A DNA stretch of 64,000 bases from Candidatus Poribacteria bacterium (lineage in GTDB: Bacteria; Poribacteria; WGA-4E; WGA-3G). The stretch is from contig CBDBFU010000003.1 of assembly GCA_965205025.1 (NCBI GenBank), positions 128,001 through 192,000 of the forward strand, written 5' to 3'. This document shows, in pieces, positions 33,894 through 43,727 of this stretch (its first letter is position 1; every line of letters begins with the position of its first letter). A program made the translations under genes and the position numbers. The notes under the pieces were generated by a model. It worked only from the letters and a program-made list of their open reading frames with translations. It did no database searches and had not been told where the DNA came from.

Positions 33894-35459
33894 TTACCAA
33901 TCGGCTGTATTGAGTCTTATACCTGTAGTCCAACGTCTTTCTGTACTCCACCAATTTTCAACACCGATAACCAAATGTCCTCCCCGATAAAACCGGTAAC
34001 TTACTTCTGCGTTTAACTCTGGTTTATCGCTTGTCAATCCTATACTTTCAACCCCTAAACCTAACCGTCGTGATAACAACCAAAAGTCAATTCCCGCCCC
34101 AACCTTGGACCGCATGACACCAAATCTACCATGTAGGTAATCTGTTACATTATATCCGTATTGAATTTCAATACCAATTTTTTCCTCTCGTATACCTAAG
34201 CCGAAACGGTATTTGCTTTTTGATGGAGGCGAAAGTGAAAATCCAAATTCAGCATCTAAGTTTTCTTCAAGACTCAAATAACGAAGTTCTGAATCCCATG
34301 TGAAATCGGGAAATCTAATCTCTTTTAATTGTCTATCTGTTTCTTTGTAAAAATCAGTTAAACCTGTAAGTAGTTCATTAATATTATTGAATGTCTTCTT
34401 TACATCTGTAATTGGTTCAGGATTATTGAGGAGTTGTGAAACAGTTCCATCGCCATGCTTTATAGTGTTTAATAATTCGCTAATATTAGATTCTAAAGAA
34501 GTGACAGAAGCAGTTGCTATTTGAAGATTCTTTATAATTGGTTCAATATCTACACTGCTTTTTTCAATGAAGCCACTCCCTTGATTAATAAGACCTGAGA
34601 TTTGGGTTTTTATAACACTGGAGTCTTTTTGTATTTGAGTTGCTATGGTTCGAAATTCTGCGGTCCCCTGTTGTAAATCTGTCATCATAGAATTTACTTT
34701 GGGGTAATTTTGGTCAATTATTCTCATCAAGGTACGACTGACATCACTGACTTGTGTGCTGAGTATCAACGAATCGCTTCCGAGTTGGTCTAACAATTTG
34801 TCAACTTTAGAAAGAGTGGTCTGGAAACGTCTGTCGTAATCCGTAGTGAGACCCAGTAAAGTCTCAACGGTTTTATCCATATTCTCGCCAAATCTTTCAA
34901 GGGTCTTACTTGTTAGTGCAACTAATTCTCGTGTTTCTTTTATTCCTTGCTGAATTTCTTCCTGGTTCGCTTGAAGAAGTTCGTTTGCAGCAGAGGTTAA
35001 TTCGATAGCTTTACTAAGTCCAGAACTTGTTTGTTCGAGTAATTCAAGTGGATTGACAGGATCAATTCCTATAATTGGCAGATCACTTGGTTGTAATGGA
35101 GGATTTCCAATATCACCATTATTTAATGCGATGTAGGTTTCTCCTACAAATCCACTCATGGAGATCCGTGCATCGCATCCTTTTCTCAACCATTCAAAGG
35201 CGTTCTTAACCCGGGCTTTAATTTCTACAGAATTCGTCTCAGGATTGAGAATAATGTTTGTCACCTTTCCAATAGAGACACCGGATAGGTAGACTCCAGC
35301 ACCCACATAAAGACCGTTTACAGCTTGAAATTGGAATGTTATATCGTTTCCACTGGTTGCCCACGGCCAATTTCCTGCGTTGGTGAGTAGTATCGAAAGT
35401 AGAATTACTGCAATTATGACCATTAATCCTACTTTCACAGAGGGTGTCCAAAACTTCAT
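33894..35459 (-). CDS. MlaD/MCE family protein with long helical region and C-terminal beta-rich domain
   Basis: TM anchor, GLYVGAGVYLSGVSIGKV MCE signature; adjacent to mlaE/mlaF homologs. Confidence 0.85.
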   Translation of the reverse strand: MKFWTPSVKVGLMVIIAVILLSILLTNAGNWPWATSGNDITFQFQAVNGLYVGAGVYLSGVSIGKVTNIILNPETNSVEIKARVKNAFEWLRKGCDARISMSGFVGETYIALNNGDIGNPPLQPSDLPIIGIDPVNPLELLEQTSSGLSKAIELTSAANELLQANQEEIQQGIKETRELVALTSKTLERFGENMDKTVETLLGLTTDYDRRFQTTLSKVDKLLDQLGSDSLILSTQVSDVSRTLMRIIDQNYPKVNSMMTDLQQGTAEFRTIATQIQKDSSVIKTQISGLINQGSGFIEKSSVDIEPIIKNLQIATASVTSLESNISELLNTIKHGDGTVSQLLNNPEPITDVKKTFNNINELLTGLTDFYKETDRQLKEIRFPDFTWDSELRYLSLEENLDAEFGFSLSPPSKSKYRFGLGIREEKIGIEIQYGYNVTDYLHGRFGVMRSKVGAGIDFWLLSRRLGLGVESIGLTSDKPELNAEVSYRFYRGGHLVIGVENWWSTERRWTTGIRLNTADW

Positions 35460-35505
35460 TTGACCATTCCTTTCTGTATTCGCTTCTTAAGTTTAAAATG
35501 AATTC

Positions 35506-36324
35506 TCAACAAGTCCTACTAACGTTTTCCTGTAACTCATTACCATTCCTACCTGTAAATTCCTTTAAAGTTGGATCGTTGATGTTTAAGATCTGATCAG
35601 GAGCACCAAATAGGATGAATTGTTGTAAGATTGGATGATCTTCATTGATTATTTCCTCTGGAGTTCCGTAAGCAATTTGTTTTCCTTCATGAAGCATTAC
35701 CATTAGAGTTCCGACACTAAAAGCACTATGCATATCATGTGTAACCACAATAGAAGTTACCTGTAATTGTTGATTTAAATCACGAATTAATTCATTTATT
35801 TCGGTACATGTGACCGGGTCAAGCCCGGTAGTAGGTTCATCGTATAATATTATTTCAGGATTGAAAGCGAGTGCTCGAGCAAGTCCTACCCGTTTTCTCA
35901 TGCCTCCACTGAGTTGTGCAGGTCTTAGGTCTTGTACACCATCTAAATCAACTAACTTCAATTTTTCATCTACAATTTTCCGCATATCTTGTTCCGATAA
36001 GTCCGTATGCTGATTTAGCATAAAGGCAATATTTTCAGCAACACTCATAGAGTCAAATAATGCTGCGGATTGGAACAGCATTCCTATTTTACGACGAATC
36101 TGATTCAAAGATTTCTTTTTCAGTGTGGTTATCTCTGTTCCATCAATCCAAACTTCACCTGTATCAACTGCGAGAAGTCCAGCTATAACTTTGAGTAATA
36201 CACTTTTACCGCAACCACTCCGTCCCATAATTATAAGTGTTTCACCACGCGGAATCTCAAGATCTAATCCGTTTAATACTTTATTCTCACCGAAGGCTTT
36301 TCTGACGTCTTTTACTGAAATCAT
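35506..36324 (-). CDS. mlaF: MlaF-type ABC ATP-binding protein
   Basis: GRSGCGKS, LFQSAALFDSM, LSGGMRKRVGLARA, YDEPTTGLDP. Confidence 0.9.
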   Translation of the reverse strand: MISVKDVRKAFGENKVLNGLDLEIPRGETLIIMGRSGCGKSVLLKVIAGLLAVDTGEVWIDGTEITTLKKKSLNQIRRKIGMLFQSAALFDSMSVAENIAFMLNQHTDLSEQDMRKIVDEKLKLVDLDGVQDLRPAQLSGGMRKRVGLARALAFNPEIILYDEPTTGLDPVTCTEINELIRDLNQQLQVTSIVVTHDMHSAFSVGTLMVMLHEGKQIAYGTPEEIINEDHPILQQFILFGAPDQILNINDPTLKEFTGRNGNELQENVSRTC

Positions 36325-36352
36325 AAGTTTGTTTTTAAACTCTTAAGATCAA

Positions 36353-37177
36353 TTAAATCAATCCAAATATATTAAATAAAATATGGTTCAACACAAAGTC
36401 TAATACAAGTATTGTTATGAGAGATATAACCGCAGAACCTGTTGTTGCTGTTCCAACTCCCTCTGCCCCACCTGCTGTAGAAATGCTGAACCCTTTGTAA
36501 CATCCTACTGCAGCAATTGCCATTCCAAAAGAAGTAGCCTTAATTAGACTTATTAGAACACTTCCAACGTATAGATGTTTTTGAACTTCTAAAACATAAA
36601 AGTAACCGTTGAAGCCGAATAAGGAGACGACAGCAACAAAACCACCGAAAATACCGGCGAATGTTGAAAATATTGTGAGGGTGGGGAGCATAATTGAACA
36701 GGCAAGAAAACGAGGAACAACAAGATATTTTACAGGATTTGTTCCCATGACTTCAAGTGCATCAATCTGTTCTGTAACCTTCATCGTTGAAAGTTCAGCT
36801 GTAATCGAAGCACCTATGCGTCCTGACAGCACAAACGCTGTTATCATAGGACCGAGTTCTTTAACGACTGAGACACTCACAAATTGTGCAACAGATCCTT
36901 CAACAGCATAAGGTTTTAACTGAACATAACCCTGGACCCCTAATACCATGCCTGTGAAGAAACCCGATACTAAGACAACCGATAACGAGTTAAAGCCAAT
37001 CAGCAAAAGCTGCTTGATCAGCAAGTCTAACTGGAGAGGTCGTTTGAAAATTTGGTATATGGTTTCAGTAAGTAAACTGACTGCATCCCCAATTTCTGAA
37101 AGCATGTAATGGAGACGATTTATTATTATGTTCTCGAATTCTCCAGAAGATGCAGTCTCAGGGGGAGAGTTACTCAT
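36353..37177 (-). CDS. mlaE: MlaE-type ABC permease
   Basis: KELGPMITA, GASITAELSTMKVTEQIDALEVMG. Confidence 0.92.
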   Translation of the reverse strand: MSNSPPETASSGEFENIIINRLHYMLSEIGDAVSLLTETIYQIFKRPLQLDLLIKQLLLIGFNSLSVVLVSGFFTGMVLGVQGYVQLKPYAVEGSVAQFVSVSVVKELGPMITAFVLSGRIGASITAELSTMKVTEQIDALEVMGTNPVKYLVVPRFLACSIMLPTLTIFSTFAGIFGGFVAVVSLFGFNGYFYVLEVQKHLYVGSVLISLIKATSFGMAIAAVGCYKGFSISTAGGAEGVGTATTGSAVISLITILVLDFVLNHILFNIFGLI

Positions 37178-37267
37178 AGAAATGTACCGAAATTATCTCA
37201 AGATTAGTTTAACTTATATTTCTTAACGAAGTAATTCAAAGAATGGTATCCAGTTATGAGATAATTT

Positions 37268-38608
37268 CTATATGCTGGTATTTTCAAACCGCATCCGTGC
37301 TTTGTAAAATTGCAAGGGAATTGTTCCGGTAGGACCGTTGCGTTGTTTCCTAATTACAAGGGCTGCTTCGACCATTTCGTTATCATAATCATCTGGATCT
37401 TCGAAATTATCTTCTCGATGTATAAAAGCTACAACATCAGCATCTTGTTCAATCGCACCAGATTCACGTAAGTCAGAAAGTTGAGGTAACTTGTTTGGTC
37501 GCCGTTCAATTTCTCTACTAAGTTGGGCACATGCAATAACTGGCAGATTCAATTCCCATGCAAGGACTTTAAGAGAACGAGAAATATCAGAGATTTCTTG
37601 CTCTCGAACATTGTAACGTTCATTCCCGCGTAATAGTTGTAGGTAGTCAACAATAATCAACCCAAGATTTTCGTAATTTGCCTTCAAACGTCGCGCCTCA
37701 GCACGTAGACTTTGAATAGACATTGTTCGATTGTCATTTATTAGGATATTTGCTTCACTAAGGCGAGACGCACTTTGAACAAGCGGAGTCCAAGATTCCT
37801 CACTGAGTTTGCCAACCCGCAAATCACCAAAATCAATATGCGATTCGGCTGATAACATTCGTAAAGCAATATCCTGTGCTGGCATTTCAAGACTAAATAA
37901 GGCAACAGGTCTTTCTTGTTCAATGGCGATGTTTTGTGCCATATTTAGGACTAAGGTAGTTTTCCCCATACCGGGTCGTGCAGCTATTATAATTAGATTT
38001 CCAGACTGTAATCCAGAGGTTAGCAAATCAAAGTCATAAAAACCTGTAGGGATGCCTAAATAACGTTCTTTTTTATGGTATAACTTTTCAACTGCATCAA
38101 TACCAGTTTTTAATAAGGAGCGGATATGTTCAAATCCCCGCTTGGTATCGGATTGACCTAATTCAAATACAATTTCTTGGGATTGATTAAGGATTTCACC
38201 GATTTCTATACTTTCATCTTGTGCAAGTTCATTAATCTTACCTGTTACCTGAATCAATCTACGCCGTGTTGCTTTCTCGCGTATAATTTCAGCGTAAAAT
38301 TCTGCACTTTCAGTTTCTACTATTGGCGCTTGAAGTTGATATAGGTAATCTGTTCCACCAGCTCGGTTCAATTGCTGTTGCCGATTCAGTTCATTTGCGA
38401 CAAGAATTGGATCTGCCTCACTAACCTGATTATATACAGCAAGAATTGCATTGTATATCAGTTGGTGGTCGGTTGTAAAAAAAATATCAGATGTGGAACC
38501 TAATAATTCTTCAATACGAGGAATTATTGCTTTTTCAGTCATCATTGACCCAAGCACAGCTTGTTCTGCTTCCTTATCCATAAGGGAGTCTAATGCTTGT
38601 GTCTGCAT
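37268..38608 (-). CDS. dnaB: Replicative DNA helicase
   Basis: AARPGMGKT, FSLEM, IVDYLQL, SDLRESGAIEQDAD, KQRNGPTG. Confidence 0.98.
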   Translation of the reverse strand: MQTQALDSLMDKEAEQAVLGSMMTEKAIIPRIEELLGSTSDIFFTTDHQLIYNAILAVYNQVSEADPILVANELNRQQQLNRAGGTDYLYQLQAPIVETESAEFYAEIIREKATRRRLIQVTGKINELAQDESIEIGEILNQSQEIVFELGQSDTKRGFEHIRSLLKTGIDAVEKLYHKKERYLGIPTGFYDFDLLTSGLQSGNLIIIAARPGMGKTTLVLNMAQNIAIEQERPVALFSLEMPAQDIALRMLSAESHIDFGDLRVGKLSEESWTPLVQSASRLSEANILINDNRTMSIQSLRAEARRLKANYENLGLIIVDYLQLLRGNERYNVREQEISDISRSLKVLAWELNLPVIACAQLSREIERRPNKLPQLSDLRESGAIEQDADVVAFIHREDNFEDPDDYDNEMVEAALVIRKQRNGPTGTIPLQFYKARMRFENTSI

Positions 38609-38667
38609 AAGGTATACCTAAGATTGACTGAAGTCAAGTATATGGTTCTATGCTGATTTATGGGTTT

Positions 38668-39117
38668 CTATTCTTCTCTTTCTACAACAACTCGAAGCTC
38701 CGTAGATACATCAGCATGTAATTTTACATTAACTGTAAACACACCAAGTTCTCGAATAGGTTCAGAGAGATCTATAACGCGTCTGTCCAATTCAAGGTTT
38801 GCTGCTTCGCGTAAAGATTCTACAATATCCGCTGGGGTGACAGAACCAAATAAACGGTCATTTTCTCCTGCGCGGCGCGTTAGATGACATGTGACCCCAA
38901 CAATCTGGGCAGCAATCTCACGGGCGTATTCTCTGTCTTTAGTTTCTTGTTGATCGATAATTCGTTTCTGATGTTCAAAATGTCGTTGATTTCGTTCTGT
39001 CGCATGTACGGCATAATCCATAGGAAGAAGATAATTTCTTGCATATCCATCAGCGACTCTTACGACATCACCTGGTATCCCAAGTCCATCAATAGTTCTT
39101 TTTAGTATGACTTCCAT
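38668..39117 (-). CDS. rplI: 50S ribosomal protein L9
   Basis: MEVIL...VADGYARNYLLP...LFGSVT; true start 39117. Confidence 0.97.
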   Translation of the reverse strand: MEVILKRTIDGLGIPGDVVRVADGYARNYLLPMDYAVHATERNQRHFEHQKRIIDQQETKDREYAREIAAQIVGVTCHLTRRAGENDRLFGSVTPADIVESLREAANLELDRRVIDLSEPIRELGVFTVNVKLHADVSTELRVVVEREE

Positions 39118-39206
39118 TTTTCCATCCCATTGGCGTGCAATTCTCATAATACAACTAATGTATTGTCTTAAAACACATAATTGCATCGCTCAGTGATTAA
39201 TTATGT

Positions 39207-39407
39207 TTACCGCGTGAATGGTAATAATGCCATGTTACGCGCACGTTTCACAGCACGAGTTACCATCCGCTGTTGCTTCGCTGAGAGTCCTGAGACTCGA
39301 CGGCTTACTATTTTTCCACGTTCGTTGACAAATTTTCTTAGGGTTTCAATATCTTTGTAATTTACGGATTCGAGTTTACTATACCGAGATCTACGACGAT
39401 ATGACAT
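39207..39407 (-). CDS. rpsR: 30S ribosomal protein S18
   Basis: [23 protein letters not shown]...[13 protein letters not shown]; AAGGAG RBS. Confidence 0.97.
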   Translation of the reverse strand: MSYRRRSRYSKLESVNYKDIETLRKFVNERGKIVSRRVSGLSAKQQRMVTRAVKRARNMALLPFTR

Positions 39408-39427
39408 GTATTTCTCCTTCGGACATA

Positions 39428-39690
39428 ATACCATTTTTACTTAGTATGTTCACATTACCAGATAATAGTCCGTAGTACAATTGGAATATGATATATTGAA
39501 AAATTGTTTCATTCAAAAAGGCTATAAAATATAGACATTTCGTCCCTACAGGACTCAAGATAGTGGACAACACGTTTTCTATAGACATTTCGTCCCTACG
39601 GGACTCAAGAGATGTGTGTAATAGTTTTTCTATAAACATTTCGTCCCTACCAAATCAACGGTATGAATGCCATTTAGACATTCCCGGTAA
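39428..39690. repeat. Composite REP-like/MITE-like element between ssb and rpsR
   Basis: 36-bp end identical to 55415-55450; three copies of ATA(G/A)ACATTTCGTCCCTAC(G/A)GGACTCAAGA (third truncated) at ~50-nt period; ends with the AATCAACGGTATGAATGCC module. Confidence 0.85.
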
Positions 39691-39785
39691 TAAAGAACGG
39701 TTTAACTGATGAAAGATATTCAAATAAACCTTTATTCTTGTGAAACGATTGGTTCCTAAAAGTTATCTAACCCAACGCGTTATAT

Positions 39786-40253
39786 TTAGAATGGGATATC
39801 GTCTTCAGTTGATGAATCATTTCCACCTTCAGATGGTGAAGATGTTTGTCCACCTGACGGTTCCATGGGTGCTCCAGAAGATGCATCATCGGAATAACTG
39901 CCGCCTTCATCACCATCACGTCTTCCACCAATTAATTGAATACGAAAAGCCGTAACAGAAAGTCTGCTTCGTTTTGTTCCATCTTCCGCTTCCCAAGAAT
40001 CGAATTTAAGTGATCCTTCAAGAAAAACAGGACTTCCTTTACTCAAATATTCATTCACAACTTCGCCTTGCCTACCCCATGCAGCCACTTCAACGAAAAC
40101 GGGGTTTTCTTTCTGCTCACCGGTTTGTCGGTCAGTGTATCGTTCGTTCATTGCGATTCCAAAGTTTGTGACTGCAGTTCCACTTGGTAGATACTTCATC
40201 TCGGGGTCACGGGTAAGGTTACCCATTAGAATTACTCTGTTATAACTTGCCAT
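39786..40253 (-). CDS. ssb: Single-stranded DNA-binding protein
   Basis: NRVILMGNLTRDPE; C-terminal DDIPF. Confidence 0.98.
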   Translation of the reverse strand: MASYNRVILMGNLTRDPEMKYLPSGTAVTNFGIAMNERYTDRQTGEQKENPVFVEVAAWGRQGEVVNEYLSKGSPVFLEGSLKFDSWEAEDGTKRSRLSVTAFRIQLIGGRRDGDEGGSYSDDASSGAPMEPSGGQTSSPSEGGNDSSTEDDIPF

Positions 40254-40366
40254 GACTTGCTCCTTAATTAGTTAATTGCGAATATTGGATAATATCCTCT
40301 TAAATACTGTAAAACATAAGGTTTCTGGATATATCGGCTTGCTTCGCAGGTTGGAATGATGTTTAA

Positions 40367-40882
40367 TTATTCAGGTTCGGCAGCTTCTTCATCCGAGTCT
40401 TGTGACACTTCTTCCGGTTCGGTGGAATCTTCATCAGATTCAGATATTTCTTCTATAGGTGAGATATCTTCATCTGGTTGTTCTGAATCTACTGGTGGTT
40501 GTTCTGAATATACAGGTTCTGCAGTGTCTTCTATAGTATTAACACTTGGTACGACTGTCGTTTCTGTTTCAGGTGGGGCTTCTTTTAATTTTTCGATGTC
40601 TTCTTCAAAGAGCACAATCATGTGCCTAAGGATTGCTTCAATTACACGAAGTGCTTGGTTTATTTGTGCGATAAAACTGGGGGCACATTCAAATACATAC
40701 ACCACATAATAGCCTTCTGTATGTTTACGAATTGGATAAGCAAGTCGTCTTTTTCCCCATACATCTGTATGGATAAGAGTTGCTTGTTGTTCTATAATGC
40801 CTTTGACATTTTCAATAAGTGCATCTGCTTCATTTTCCTCATGGTCAGGCGTAATGATAAGCATGAGTTCGTAATGGTTCAA
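40367..40882 (-). CDS. rpsF: 30S ribosomal protein S6 with long acidic C-terminal tail
   Basis: YELMLII, WGKRRLAYPI, GYY; TTG start at 40882 after AGAGAGG. Confidence 0.95.
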   Translation of the reverse strand: MNHYELMLIITPDHEENEADALIENVKGIIEQQATLIHTDVWGKRRLAYPIRKHTEGYYVVYVFECAPSFIAQINQALRVIEAILRHMIVLFEEDIEKLKEAPPETETTVVPSVNTIEDTAEPVYSEQPPVDSEQPDEDISPIEEISESDEDSTEPEEVSQDSDEEAAEPE

Positions 40883-40885
40883 TGT

Positions 40886-40937
40886 ATATCCTCTCTTTGG
40901 ACTCACGGCTCCACTGAATAGATTATGGAGCAGAGAA
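40886..40937 (-). promoter_or_regulatory. S6:S18 ribosomal leader (rpsF autoregulatory RNA)
   Basis: CTCTGCTCCA-loop-TGGAGC-CGT-GAGTCC-AAAGAGAGG: hairpin followed by the CCG motif and a stem including the RBS. Confidence 0.7.
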
Positions 40938-41000
40938 TGAAATTATCATAATGTTCTATCTTTGAGATAGCATCTATTCTAAATTGTTTAACGTCGGTTA

Positions 41001-41028
41001 ATTATACCACATTTCAAAGGGTATATCA
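41001..41028 (-). promoter_or_regulatory. Sigma70 promoter of the rpsF operon
   Basis: TTGATA...TG-G-TATAAT on minus strand. Confidence 0.65.
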
Positions 41029-41291
41029 AATTTTCTTATTGCTGATGGTGTGTAAGTTCTTGGCATTAATTCACGCTGTTTTTGTGTATGGCTAAAGTGT
41101 TAATTTTTGTCGTCTTGAAATGGTCGCACTTTCACGGAAACCTTCACGGAGCAATTTTACGAAGCCTTATTCTATAAGGGTTTATAATTTTAACATACCA
41201 ATTCTCCGTGAATCACATACGTTAACTATTGCATAACTCAAGTGTATATTAAATGCTTCTTTGGTTTCAATTGTCCAAACTATAGCAATCC

Positions 41292-41605
41292 TAACCCAAG
41301 TTGCTACCTATTTACTTATACCATTTCTAAAATATACTGTTGCATTGATTATGGAGATTCTGCAAGGTCAATCTCCATGTCGCGACCGGGAGGTCGCGAC
41401 ATGGAGATAGTTTCCAATAATAATCAATTCCATAAAATCTATGTTATAGCATATTATTTATTAGAATTGGTATAACATAGCACTCCGCTGGAGTGCAGTA
41501 TGTTGATATGCCTTTTTCTATAGACATATCACCCCTCTGGGGTAAGGAAAGTGTCTGAAAATCTGTGTTGAAACGATCAAAATCCGTTAGCAGCAACTTG
41601 GGTTA
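41292..41605. mobile_element. MITE-like element with 14-bp terminal inverted repeats carrying REP-like hairpins
   Basis: TAACCCAAGTTGCT at 41292-41305 and AGCAACTTGGGTTA at 41592-41605; internal perfect 17-bp hairpin at 41371-41408 and two REP-like palindromes. Confidence 0.6.
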
Positions 41606-42277
41606 ATCCTAATATACAGACAATAAATAAGGTCTAAAAACAGCCATTTAATCCTAAATACTCAGACAGTAGCTTGTGTTGTTGTTGCATCACTCTATGC
41701 GTTGAAAAAATGAAAAAAGTTACACTTTTTGTCACACGGTGTGACATTGAAAATGGTGTAAATTACCTCTGTACTCCCTGTCATAGACTGACTTTACTCC
41801 ACTTTTAACTTGATTTATAAGAATTTCTAAAATGTGTGATTTTGTGTTCTTGTTGTCCTTTCTGATTTTGTGATTTCCAACGGTTAAAAAGGTATGCTTT
41901 TTTGACGTATATGAAACTTTGTAATTAGGATCGTTTTTATAGATAGTCATTAGTTTTTAGTTATGAGTTTATAGTTTTTAGTTTGTGTTCTAACCTATAA
42001 TCTTTTATCCTTTTTGTGATATATGTATGTTAGTTGTTAGAGATGTGTGTTTTCTTCATAATTTTTTTATAATTTATTAAAAATGTTTGATCCGTTTCAT
42101 TAAATGCTTGTTTATGTCATAAACTTTACATACCTTTGTTAAGCGTTTTGATTGATATAATCAATCTCATGTGATATAATCCTAACTTACGCAAATCTAT
42201 TAGGAAATACCTTTAATGCAACATCTTTTTGAAAACTTCGTGTAGCCGTACTAAAATGATGACTAAATTGTGTTGCT

Positions 42278-43660
42278 TTGGAACACAAACCATATAGAGG
42301 AATTATGCCGACTATATTGGAACTTTATCAGAAAACCTTTGCAAAAGATAGAGAATTGGCGGAGGCAGCAAATAAACTCTTTCCCGATGGTGTAACGCAT
42401 GATAGCCGTCATATGTCTCCATTTCCAATCTATATCACACATGCTGAAGGTGCTCAGAAATATGGACTTGATGATCAGTCTTTCATTGATTATTGGGCAG
42501 GACACGGAGCATTACTCCTTGGTCATAATCCTCCTGAAATCGTTGATGCGGTAACAGCACAGATGCATCGCGGCACACATTATGGTGCATGTCATCCGCT
42601 TGAGTTAGAATGGGGAAATCTTATAACACAACTGATACCTTCAGCTGAACGGGTCAGATTTGTTAGTTCTGGTACGGAAGCAACACTCATGGCAATTCGG
42701 CTTGCTCGAACTTATACGCAAAAGAATAAGGTGTTGAAGTTTGAAGGACATTTCCATGGATGGCACGATAGTCTAATTATGGGTGCACATAAACCGTATA
42801 ATGCCCCAATCCCTGGTGTTCCACAAGAGATACTCGATACCACTATCCTATCTCCACCGAACGATATTGATGCTGTTGAGCAATTATTGAAGACAGATGA
42901 AGATATTGCATGTGTTATTCTTGAACCGACTGGAGCATCTTTCGGTACGATTCCTACAAATGGTGAGTTTTTAAAGCAACTACGGGAACTGACACTTGAT
43001 TATGGAGTGGTGCTGATTTTTGATGAAGTCATCACCGGATTTCGCGTTTCTCCTGGTGGGGCGCAAGGATACTACAATGTGATACCTGATCTCACAACAC
43101 TTGCCAAGATTGTGGCGGGTGGTCTTCCTGGTGGGGCACTTGTTGGTAAGAAAGAGATCTTAGAACTGATTTCAATGGACGCGGAAGAAGATGGACTGAA
43201 AATGCCACATCCCGGGACATTTAATGCAAATCCGATCTCAGCATCTGCAGGTATTGCAATGCTAAAGATTGTCAAAACCGGAAAACCTCATGAACAAGCA
43301 AACCTTATGGGGCAGAAACTTCGTGATGAACTCAATCAGGTAATTGATTCATATAAATTAGACTGGGTTATATACGGAGAATTCTCTGGAATTCGAATTC
43401 TCGTGGGACATGGGGAGAATGATATACGTGCTATGGATTTTGATCCGTATACATGGGACTATCGTAAACTAAAGGAGAATAGCGATTCAGAATTACTTAC
43501 TTCACTACGATGTGGTTTGTTGCTCAACGGTATTGACTTGGCATGCAATGGTGGTATGACAACTGCTGCACATTCAGGTGCGGATATAGCAAAAACTGTC
43601 GATGCATTTGTACGTACAATTGAATTGATGAGAGACGATGGGTTAATCCTGAAATTATAA
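42278..43660 (+). CDS. Class III aminotransferase (glutamate-1-semialdehyde aminomutase-like)
   Basis: SSGTEATLMAIRLAR, FEGHFHGWHD, LIFDEVITGFR, LAKIVAGGLP, GTFNANP; start may be ATG 42305. Confidence 0.9.
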   Translation: MEHKPYRGIMPTILELYQKTFAKDRELAEAANKLFPDGVTHDSRHMSPFPIYITHAEGAQKYGLDDQSFIDYWAGHGALLLGHNPPEIVDAVTAQMHRGTHYGACHPLELEWGNLITQLIPSAERVRFVSSGTEATLMAIRLARTYTQKNKVLKFEGHFHGWHDSLIMGAHKPYNAPIPGVPQEILDTTILSPPNDIDAVEQLLKTDEDIACVILEPTGASFGTIPTNGEFLKQLRELTLDYGVVLIFDEVITGFRVSPGGAQGYYNVIPDLTTLAKIVAGGLPGGALVGKKEILELISMDAEEDGLKMPHPGTFNANPISASAGIAMLKIVKTGKPHEQANLMGQKLRDELNQVIDSYKLDWVIYGEFSGIRILVGHGENDIRAMDFDPYTWDYRKLKENSDSELLTSLRCGLLLNGIDLACNGGMTTAAHSGADIAKTVDAFVRTIELMRDDGLILKL

Positions 43661-43727
43661 ACAGAAACATTGAGTTTGATATAACATTAATGCAGTCGGT
43701 TTATTAGTGTCCGATAAGTGTCTGTGA

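Noticed and set aside
39531-39650. CRISPR array (36-nt direct repeats with unique linkers)
   Set aside because: Linkers are only ~14-15 nt, there are 2-3 degenerate copies, the family is dispersed across the window and no cas genes are present; it fits REP/BIME better
41700-42270. Replication origin (AT-rich, gene-strand switch, near dnaB/ssb)
   Set aside because: No convincing cluster of TTATCCACA-type DnaA boxes and no dnaA/gidA nearby
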